From Chrysomallon squamiferum (taxonomy: Eukaryota; Animalia; Mollusca): a DNA stretch of 64,000 nt. The stretch lies in contig CM022671.1 of NCBI GenBank assembly GCA_012295275.1, positions 28,892,001 to 28,956,000 on the forward strand, read 5' to 3'. The position numbers were made by a program, and so were the translations under genes. Below the pieces are notes generated by a model. That model saw nothing but the letters and a program-made list of their open reading frames with translations, was not told the origin of the DNA and ran no database searches. Of this stretch, positions 51,801 through 64,000 are shown in pieces. Numbering within the stretch: position 1 is the stretch's first letter; the number at the start of each line of letters is the position of its first letter.

Positions 51801-52478
51801 GATGATCAGAAAAAAGATGAATCGTATTCAGATCATCAGAAAAAAGATGAATCGTATTCAGATGATCAGAAAAAAGATGGATCGTATTCATATGATCAGA
51901 AAAAAGATGGATCGTATTCAGATCATCAGAAAAAAGATGAATCGTATTCAGATCATCAGAAAAAAGATGAATCGTATTCAGATGATCAGAAAAAAGATGA
52001 ATCATATTCAGATGATCAGAAAAAAGATGGATTATATTCAGATGATCAGAAAAAAGATAAATCATCTTCAGATGATTCCACAGATGATGATGATGATGAT
52101 GACTACAAGACAAAAGGTAAGCATTCTGAATCCTCAAAATCCAGCATGTCTGAACTGTCATCAACACAGCAGTCTTCAACAAACCAGGAGAAATCCAATG
52201 TCACAGACACCAGCGAGCATACAACTACCATTGCATCAGCAAACCAAGAAAAAGCAGACATTAGCAAAAACACAACTGGTCCTGATGACCAGACGTCAAA
52301 GAAAAGCCCCTCAGATGAACTGGAGGAAGACTCCTCAGTCAAATCTAGTACCATTTCCAAGGTAACAGAGCAATCAACACCTAAAGCTGACAGAGAAGAA
52401 AACAGAAAGATTTCAAGAGAAGACTCTGTAGAACTGACAAATGGAAAAGCAAGAGATGTTAATCAGATTGAATATTAA
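40615..52478 (+). CDS. Gene D: uncharacterised ~709-aa protein with basic N-terminal region and acidic/Ser-rich repetitive C-terminus
   Basis: Exons: 40615-40712, 44788-44893, 45312-45355, 48467-48495, 49409-49669, 50093-50225, 50696-51138, 51463-52478. All GT-AG, phases compatible, total 2130 nt with no internal stop (MSTTVFHTPGLNHHSTPCPRSATPEDIDKAFRRPSFNGTGWPKDSP...). No signal peptide or known domain recognised. Confidence 0.75.
47994..48208. repeat. Essentially perfect 106-bp tandem duplication in an intron of gene D
   Basis: gggcataggttcaaaacagagaac...ttaaacctcaaaaaaaaaa starts at 47994 and again at 48100. Confidence 0.9.
51678..52067 (+). repeat. Coding minisatellite, 13 x 30 nt (SDDQKKDESY)
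   Basis: tcagatgatcagaaaaaagatgaatc(a/g)tat units counted directly. Confidence 0.95.
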
Positions 52479-55139
52479 CTCACGGGTCAGTTATAGAGTT
52501 ACACCAGGCTGGTGCTGTTCACTTAAATTTGTGATTGTCACACATTCAGAAAAAAATACACAAGAATCAACTATGTTTAGTCGTTACTATTTATTTATTT
52601 TTATTCTTTTGCATGTATGATGTATCTATGTAAGTACGTATGTCCATGTATACATGTGTATTAGTAAGTTATGTGAGTACAGTTCTGATTCAGTAGAATC
52701 AAATAAAAACAATCCAATCAGTAATTTTAGATTAAATTACACTTAAATTCAGTTCTGAACTGGTAGTATCTTTGTGCCACAAATGTTGATGATAATTTAT
52801 AAGACACATTCCTGTTTGTGCCATGAAATAGGTAGTTAGGCTGTATATTGAATTCAAAACTTTAAGACTGTATTCAGAATACAGTATTAGAGAAAAAGAT
52901 GGTGGCTTATTCTTTTTCTTTTTTTGTTTTCTCCTTTCTTTTTGCTTGTACACAAAAACTGAGCTTTTTGGAGACAAAAACAGAAATGTAAAGTGTTCAG
53001 CTTTGTATTTTAAATAAAATTTATTTTAATCATTCATGATAAAAATAACTGATTTAAATTCTAATAATTGTAGTAAAAGCAGTGCCATTTTTCAGAAATG
53101 ATGTTTTGATCCAGCTATTTTGATCTTTTTTTTAATTTAATTTTTTGTTGTTGACACTATGAAGCTTAATTATACAGTATATAACTTCATTTTACATTTT
53201 GTATTAGCAAAGTACTTTATATTACAGGCTTAACATATTTGAAGAATCCTCAAAAATATATTCATTAATTCTTGAACATTTATTTATTTAGAGCTTATGT
53301 AATTAGTAGAATTACATAGAACAAAGCTATTAATTTTTACATAAATTATATAGTTTATTAAACCTGATCTGTGATATTGTTACAGTAAAACAATTTATGT
53401 TTATGACAAAAAGACTACCAAAAAAGTAGTTATTATAATTATGTATATTTTACACAATTGTTCTAATAAATTTTAAAAACACCGATTTGTTGACTTGTAA
53501 TTCTTTTCCAAATACCTTAAAGATTAATAAAAATAAAACAAATTAAAATTCTGTTACATTATTGGAAGAATAGTTTTTTGATTCTTTCAAAAGAAAAATG
53601 AAATGGATGTTTGCATAATGTTCCTGAAATAAAATTATCCATATTTGCAGTGCAGTGTTAAAAACACCTAACAGTTAAACAGATTTTGTATATAGGTAGC
53701 ATAAATAAAATTATTTTAAGTTTCTTTTAAATTTAAATGCTTCATTTTATTTGTATTTTCCCATAATGCAAAATCTGAGGATAATTAAAGCACTTTAGTA
53801 CATTAATTTTTGCATACGTATAAATATTAATCAAAAGTTGTGAAAATTTAATTTATCCGTCAAATGAAAGAAATTTCTTTTGCAGTATTACTCCTATAAA
53901 TATTACCAGTCACAAAAGTGGAAGAATTTTTTTTTTTTTACTAAATGATATTAATCTAAGGGAAATTTAACCACTATGTGGTTGTAACATTTGGCAATAA
54001 CCACATCCTTGTATATTTTTAAATCACTAAAATATATACATATTCACATTAAAATTTGGTTGAAACATTCTTAACTTCACCCAAGACGTCTTTTTACTGA
54101 TGCACAATAAATCAATTAAAAATAATAAATAACATTTTTTAGACTGTCATTTTAACTTTAATTGCATTTAGCTGAAGACCAAATCAACAAAAATTTAGTT
54201 CTATATGAATAGATTATTTACAATCTTTGCTTTTAACATGTTCAGTCATCACCTGTTGTCAGTTTGAACTTTATAAAATTTATATTTGTTGCAGCCATTG
54301 TATCATCATTATATCTGATTTTTGTGCTTTTGCATCAATTAATAAAATATCTGGCACCCATATTTTGTTTCTGAAAATATATCAGACTCCAATTTAGAAA
54401 ATTAGAAGGATGAGCCACTGTATATTCTTAGAATATCATCATCACTGTTAGTTCTAGTCTGGAGCCAAAAGCAGGACATCCTGCTGTATCAAGTGTAGGA
54501 TAAGATTCAGTACTCTCAGTTTAGTCAGTTACTGCAGTTTACTGTTTATAAGAAGGCCTAACTCCAACAGTGAGGAAGTATTTAATTCTGCATACACAAA
54601 CAAAGCTCAATTAGTAAGAAAAATAGTTACCACCGTTATTTTTATCTGATGCTACAATTTTTTCATTTATTGTGCAGATAATAATGATTAAAGCAACAGA
54701 ATGGATTTCACAGTGAATAACAAAATATAATAATAATAATTATTGATTACATGCGTTATGAGTCATTTAGTTTCAAACAAATTATAATACAAACAACAAC
54801 ATTCTGAAAATAATGCTCATAGAATAGCATAAAACATTACAACATTTAATACAAATAATGAATACAAATACAGAGAATAATGTCTTTAATTGTTACACAT
54901 GAATTTATTAGTAGCCTTTTGATAATTTTACATATTGCTGATAACATTAAAATGAAATCTACATTTTTACAAAACAGTAAGTGAATAACTGAAATAAGGA
55001 CATTAACAAGAATTTCATTTATGAATGTTTATGTATATGTCTATATTTGGGTGTGTATGGATGAGATGTTAGGTATGGTAATCTTTTCATTTGCAAATTA
55101 AAAATTTTATGTATAATTGATACAACATTATATATATAT

Positions 55140-55179
<40 letters not shown>

Positions 55180-55678
55180 GTATATTGGATGTTTCTAAGT
55201 TAGTTTTTTCTCTTAATACTTGAAGAATAAAAAAGAATCTTAATAACAAATTCACTAACAGTGATAAACCACAAAACTTAGAATTTAAAATATTCCTTCA
55301 ACAAACTTTTACAGTTTTGCACACTTCATCAGTGCTGTATATGCATGCATGTTTTCTTTTAAAACACCTGAATACTTAACACTGACAATTAAAAAAATAA
55401 AAATAATAATAAAAAAATAAACAAATTATTTAAAATATTAATGCATATAACAAATAATTACAACAAATATTAATAAAGAATCTAGAACTTATTTACAACC
55501 ATTATGTAATCTTCTTTCAGTTTTATACAGCTTTCCTTTATTTACTTTTTGTTATTAAATTTCCAGCTGTAACGAATTGTAAACCTTCACTGACAATTTA
55601 TACATGTATATTGTAATACATAATTAATATGCAAATGAATCTGGAGTTAATTGCACAATAAATAATACAATCGTTCAT

Positions 55679-57820
<2,142 letters not shown>

Positions 57821-58037
57821 TTTTATGGAATATGTTGTTCAATCAGTCGCCTCCAAAGCACCTGACACAACCGGAAGAATTGTTGAACAGTTATGAGAAT
57901 GTATTGGGTACTGCTGTCCAAGTCGACCAATGATGGTCATGGTTACAGAAAGATTAGACAATTTACCGTCATGGCGGCCAAATTGAAGTTTAGAAATGCC
58001 GGGATTATGTGATAACAAAAATATAATCAGTTAAATC
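57821..58037. promoter_or_regulatory. Bidirectional promoter between VPS29 and RAD9
   Basis: Only 217 bp separate the divergent ATGs. Contains ETS-like CCGGAAG (57871-57877), CCAAT boxes in both orientations (57903-57907, 57927-57931) and YY1-like ATGGCGGC (57971-57978). Confidence 0.75.
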
Positions 58038-58868
58038 ATGAAGTGTATTATTCCTGGAATAAATGTTAAAGGTAATATTATAATATATTTCATCACTTTG
58101 GTCGTAATAAGTTAAAATTTAAATATTATATAAACTAAGCCAAAAAAATAATAATAAATTAATAATAATATTAATAATAAAAAATAAAAAATATCCGCCT
58201 TCAGTTTGTTTCAGGTTTTATCTAACTTATTATTATTTGTTCAGAAGAATTTGCAAACACAATAAATTAATTAACGACATAGTTAATATTATATATTGCA
58301 CATAATATATTAATTATTATTCATTTTATTGTTATATACATATATACATGATATATCATATAAGATTATAATTTATATCTTTAATTTTACGAAATAGTTT
58401 ACATTTTTACTTAACATCTTTATTAGCTTATGATATAAAACTATTTTTTCAGAAAAAGTCTTTGCAAGCACGCACTAGATCTTTAAGAATTGTTAGCATG
58501 GGCCATTCAAAGATACTAGTGCCAGGGAGACAAGTTGTGCTGTGACTGTCTGATTACCCTTTTAGGATTGGTATTACAATGGAAGAATTTGGTGATAATA
58601 GACAAACCGCTGGTTGTTGTTTCCCCAGAAAAGGACTTTGATTTGAATTCTATCCTGTCGAAGTTTAGGCAAAACTCCTGTCAAACTCCATTCACTAGCA
58701 CGTTCCAGTAAATGAATGAAAGGACAGAAATAAACTAGCATCAGCTACAGAAACATAAAATGACATCTTATGTCTGAATCCTACCCCCAGAGTGTGCAAA
58801 TCTTGATGTTGAACCATTGAAAGGTTATATGATTACTCACAAACAGTATTCTGTTATATTTTTGAAAT

Positions 58869-58899
<31 letters not shown>

Positions 58900-58932
58900 T
58901 TATCGTCATCATCAGTTATTATTATTATTATT

Positions 58933-58986
<54 letters not shown>

Positions 58987-61900
58987 TTTGATGTTTAATA
59001 ATAATAATAATAATAATAAAGTAAATACCCTTCATTTCACTGGTAATTAACTTGTATTGCATTTTACTGATTTAATTTTAAACATAAAATTAACATTGAG
59101 TATTGTTTTGTTAATATTATTTGTAGTGTAATTATAAATGTTAACTTATATCATAATTGCATTTAAAATAATAAACCTTTTGCAGTTATTGTATAAACAA
59201 TAATTACTGTGTTTTTAGCTGGCTTTAAGAACTGTCAACTCTTCACGTTCAGCTTTTGCTTGTTGTATCTTTGCACCTTCCTTCTTTCAACTTTATGATG
59301 ATGGTTCTGAGAATATTATATTAGATGACAATGAAGATGAAGGATTTAGATGTAAACTTGCCATGAAGGTAAGATTAAAAAAAAAAAAAAAAAGAAGAAA
59401 CAAAAAATAAGGTATTTATTTCACTTTTCAGACAAAGATTGCATTTTAGATAAATAAAATCTGTGAAGGTACATAATATTTTTTAATCAAAAAAAAAAAA
59501 AAAAATTAAAAAAATTAAGGATAATTATAACGTATTAATATTTAAAAATATATGTAGCTTTAAAATTTAAAGGTTATGAGTAGAAACGTACAAGATCCAG
59601 GATCGTGGACTAAAATATCGTACATTTAATTTTAATCAAAGATAAATGAGTATTAATAAAACATAGTATGGATAAAAACTCAGTTTTTCTATTTTTTGTA
59701 TTTAGTCAATTTTGTCTGTCTTTCGATCCATGTCAAGCATTGAGAAGTCAGTAGAACGTGTCAAAATCACATTAAATAATGATGAAGCCAGACTGGTTTT
59801 CCAGCTTTATTGCAAACATGGTACAATCTTCTAACATTAATTTATTTTTATTGTTTTATATAATTTTTTTCTTATCTTTCATTTTTATTGATTTATTTAT
59901 TATTATCATTAGCATCATCATTATTTATTTAATTATTTATTTAATTATTTGTTTGTTTATTTGTTTGTTTTTTTATTATTATTATTTTTATTTTTTCGTG
60001 TTATTTTTTAACTCTTATTTGTGTAATAATAGCATTTTAATGATGTAGATTTGTTGTCTATATTTTGATAAATAAAATGCTAAAAATAGAAAACCTTATA
60101 ATCTGATAATTTAAAATTAAAGGAATATTTCTGAAATTGTCAATAATTCTTTTTTTTTATAGATGTAAGATATATCTGACATTTGTAAAAAGCATCACCA
60201 TTAACAGCATTATGGATCAAAGTTTTTTTTTTTCCTTTTTTATTTTCATTTTTGCTGTTTAATATTGTAGGTATTGTGAAGACTCACAATCTTGCCTTTA
60301 TAGAGTGTGAAACATTACAAGCCGTTTTCTCCAAAAATATGTCTCCAAACCTCTTGACTTCACCACCAAAGTAAGAAATTAAAACTTTTAAGTATTAAAT
60401 AGTGAAACAGTATCCAGTTTATTTTCTTTTTTTTCTTTTCTTTTTCTTTTCTTTTATTTTGTTTCTTCTTTTTTTTAATGTGCATATATACTTATAAAAT
60501 TTGTTGTAATTTTTATAAATGTTTGTAATAATTATTATTTTTTTAATTTAAGTTATTTTTTACTTCCCATTTTTTTAATCTTTATTTAGACTGCTGTGTG
60601 ATGTAGTGGTAAACTTTCAGAACAACCAGGAGGAGATAACTCTGACTATGAAGCCAGATAAATTAACACTGAAGAACTATGTAGAAGATGAACCAGGTTA
60701 ATATTAAATTTTAAAAATCTGTGTGCAGGAATGAATGTGTGTATGATAGAATGCTGTACATGACTGAAAGAGAGAGACAAATAGAAAATATTTATTTATT
60801 TATTTATTATACTTTGTGTTGATGTTGTTAAAATTTAAGCTACTTAGTTTTTGAAAAGAAATTTCTGGATTTATGATGATTATGATTTATTTTTATTATT
60901 ATTTGTTTTTCCAAACAGATCCCTCCAAGGTTGTACACACAGAAATGAATTTAGTTCCAGAGGAATTTGATAATTACAGAGTTGGAGTGGATGCAGAGAT
61001 AACCTTTTGCTTAAAAGAACTCAGAGTAAGAACTAGAATATTACTCAATGTTTTTTGTTGAAACAATAAATTATGGGGAAATAGTAAATTTTCTTATAAA
61101 TTAATAGCTTTATACCCTGAATGATTTATTGAGTTAAGTGGAAATATTCCTGTTTACTGAAATTTTTATTAAATTAGTTCTCAAAAATGTTTCAGTAATA
61201 ATATTTATCAACAGTTTATTATTTTATTTTCAGGCCATTCTTGCTTTTGCGGAAACCACCAACCTTCCTCTGAGTATGCACTTTGAAACTGCAGGAAGGT
61301 ATTCATTAACATAATTGTTGGTTTTGCAATTCAGTATTTTATCGTTTTCTTTTTAGAAATTTCAATTTTTTTATATAGGCCTTGTAAGACTTTTCTAAAA
61401 ATAAAGCAGTGTTGGAGATGAAGAACCAAATTAATAAAATTGGTTCATGACTATCAGTGAAAAAATATATTTACAGATAATTAAAAAATTAAAGAATTTT
61501 TTATCTAAATAATTCATTCAGATTCTTCTTTCTTTTTTTTCTTTTTTTTTTGAAGTACTGTTTCTTGTGCTTAATATAATTATTACACCTGATTATTAAA
61601 TTTGTATATTCTTAACTAGTTCATTGATGTGAGCCATGACTGCTATATTCACAGAAGCCATATTCCTGGCTCTCAGCAAATATAAATATAACAAAAAGAT
61701 TTCTCTTGTTTCCGATATCTCAGGTTGTATTTACCTTGATTTGACACCCAGTAACCAATGTTTTTCATGCTGGGATGTCATTAAGCAAACATTCATTCAT
61801 TAATTCATTCAGATATCAACATAATTCAGGTTTATATTGTTGCCTCTTCCCACAGGCCGATAGTGTTCAGCATAGACAGTGATGCCACATTCGAAGCTAA

Positions 61901-63790
61901 CTTTGTGTTGGCCACTTTGGCAGATCCAGATTCCATGTGTGGTTCACAACAACAGACACAAAACAAAATCAAACATCCAGATCAGAACAAAAACAAAAAC
62001 AGGTGACTTTAACATTTTATTTATTTATTTGATTAGTTATATAACAATGATTTATCAGCTAAATCAGAAAAAAATCAATTATTATTATTTGTGTGTGTTG
62101 TGTTTCTTTTTGTAAATAATTATACTTCAGGAAGTGGATTAGGTTTTTTATATTTTTTTATATTTTTATATATATTTTTTTTTTATATTAATAGATATCT
62201 CACTTGCAAATTTACCTCATTTTATTTATTTTCTTATTTTATTTTTTTATTTTTATTATTTATTTTATTTATGTTTAATTGCTGGTGAAAAGCATATTTG
62301 TTTTATTTATTTTTCCTAAGATACATTTCAAAACAACAAAGAGTAAATGGTTGCATTAATAAGTCACATTTGAAAAGTCAAAATGACAGAGAGCTAAATA
62401 ATGCCAATACCAGGTACAATTAAAGATATATAATAATTTTTTTATTTTTATTATTGTTGCCATTTTAAATTTTTTTATTTATTTCAGATGCGTTTAATAA
62501 TATTTAAATTTTTGTGATAGATTTCTGCATTTGAAAATAATTTAAAAATTAATTAATGTAAAATAATTGCCATAATTAACTGTATATTAGAAAATATTGA
62601 TAATAACAATATTGTTGTTTTTTTTCTTTATTTTTTTAAGAATTTAAATTAAAGAATATAAAACAGTTTTTGTGTTTAAAATAAATTTTTTCTGTTAATG
62701 TTACTTGTAAATCATTAAATAGACTTCCCATTATATGCGGTTATTTTAAGAAGCACTGACAAGAAGAAGAAAACGTACCAATTTTCTACAATTTCATGTT
62801 AATTCAGGAAACAAGAACCTTTAGGAGATGAAGTTCAGTTTAATGAAATGTTAGATGATGATGACATGACAATAGATGAACAGACAATAATGCAGCTGCA
62901 TGCTGCAGAAATGGAAAGTCAGATGACCACCAAACCCAGCAAATCTAAACCAGGATCAAGGCCGTCTGAGGAATCTCCAGTTAGTCAAGTTATACCCATA
63001 CAAAGTACAAATATGCAGGTTAGTTTGAAGAGCACCATCTTAAAATTTAAATCGATATAAAGTATAAAGTGTTTTGAGCACAATGTGATGTGTCCACAAA
63101 TTTTAAATTTTAAGTGTGTCAGCCCGTGTCAAAAAATGGATATCCGATGCTTATGTTCTAAGCACTCATAAAATTAGCTATACACTGATAAATATTTATT
63201 GTTTAATTATAACTGTGTATTCCCACCCTGATCATCATGCATGGCTGGATTTAGATGTGACAGGTCTGTATGCTTTGGAAAACATTAAAGGCCCTGTTTA
63301 ACAACTGCTAACAGAGAATAATGATAACTAACAATGAATTAATATGTAAAAACAAAACAAAGTTTCAAAATTGTCTTCTCTGTATAATAACTCATTCAAT
63401 ATAATATTAAAAAAAGACCAATAAAACAATGACATCAATGAAAAGGTTATTCACAGATATGCAAAATATTATATATATACATTATTTTATTTTCATTTTT
63501 TTACAGTTACAAACTATTTTAATATTTAATATGTCATACGTTTTTTTTTATTAAATTCTTTCTGAAAGATAATATTTTTGCAACAAATTCTGCAATACTG
63601 TAACTTTTAACTTGCTTTTCTCTGGATAATTAAGATAGATAATCAAATACATAATAAAGTCATACTTGTAATTATTTGTTAGACAACAGATTTGGCATCT
63701 GCAGCTGCAGCAGATGAATCAGTTATGCAAGATTTACAAGAGGAAGAAGAGGAAGAAGAGGTAGTGCCTGGCACCCCTCCCAGTAAAAAG
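58038..63790 (+). CDS. RAD9: Cell cycle checkpoint protein RAD9 (9-1-1 clamp subunit), 3' partial
   Basis: Exons: 58038-58071 ([11 protein letters not shown]), [exon 2 not found], 59219-59368 ([22 protein letters not shown]), 59706-59820, 60271-60370, 60590-60696, 60919-61025 ([10 protein letters not shown]), 61234-61298, 61856-62002 (FVLATLAD), 62321-62413, 62808-63018, 63683-63790 (VPGTPPSKK). Motifs match RAD9A/B. The last exon lies beyond the window. Confidence 0.93.
61735..61811. mobile_element. Possible short remnant (3' tail) of a SINE-like dispersed repeat
   Basis: tttgacacccagtaaccaatg..catgctgggatgtcattaa..cattcattcat is a short imperfect hairpin (gacacccag / ctgggatgtc) ending in a (CATT)n tail. 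It resembles an abundant gastropod repeat from memory; not verified. Confidence 0.35.
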
Positions 63791-64000
63791 GTCAGTAGTG
63801 TTTAGTTAATAAACATTTTATTATGTTTCATTCAGATATTTAACTTTTTCATTGTTTCATTACAGATTTTGTTATTGTTTTCACTACAGTTTTATTGTTA
63901 TTATTATATGTAGAATTATATATTATTATTTTCTTTTTTTCTTATTTCATTTTTTTTTTTTTTTTTTTACTGTCACGGCTACTACTACAGCTACTACAAT

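Noticed and set aside
51678-52067. 30-bp repeat array as CRISPR, or as the alternative-frame ORFs 51466..52365 and 51559..52182
   Set aside because: The units are contiguous with no unique spacers and the context is eukaryotic. The splice phase selects the SDDQKKDESY frame.
58450-58825. Intronic island as an ncRNA (RNase P/MRP, snoRNA) or Tc1 transposase fragment
   Set aside because: No convincing conserved boxes, terminal repeats or DDE motif could be identified by eye. Kept only as part of the missing-exon finding.

Overview
AT-rich, microsatellite-dense eukaryotic DNA with GT-AG introns, most consistent with an invertebrate and probably a mollusc (inference). The left half (1-32.5 kb) holds three tandem minus-strand genes for secreted, repetitive low-complexity proteins, assembled here exon by exon. 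Each has its own signal-peptide exon and only phase-1 coding introns. Gene A is a His/Gly-rich protein truncated by the window edge. Gene B is a ~890-aa Arg/Pro/Val- then Gly/Met/Phe-rich elastomer-like protein. Gene C is a ~2,980-aa Gln/Asn/Ser/Thr-rich giant. A and B share an ungapped 21-aa non-repetitive motif. Several single-base indels, mostly in homopolymers, break their frames and are probably consensus errors. The right half holds an uncharacterised 8-exon plus-strand gene (~709 aa, 13 x SDDQKKDESY), a complete VPS29 gene, and a RAD9 gene head-to-head with VPS29, as VPS29-RAD9B are in human. The RAD9 exon-2 equivalent could not be found. No rRNA, tRNA, CRISPR array or intact transposon was recognised.
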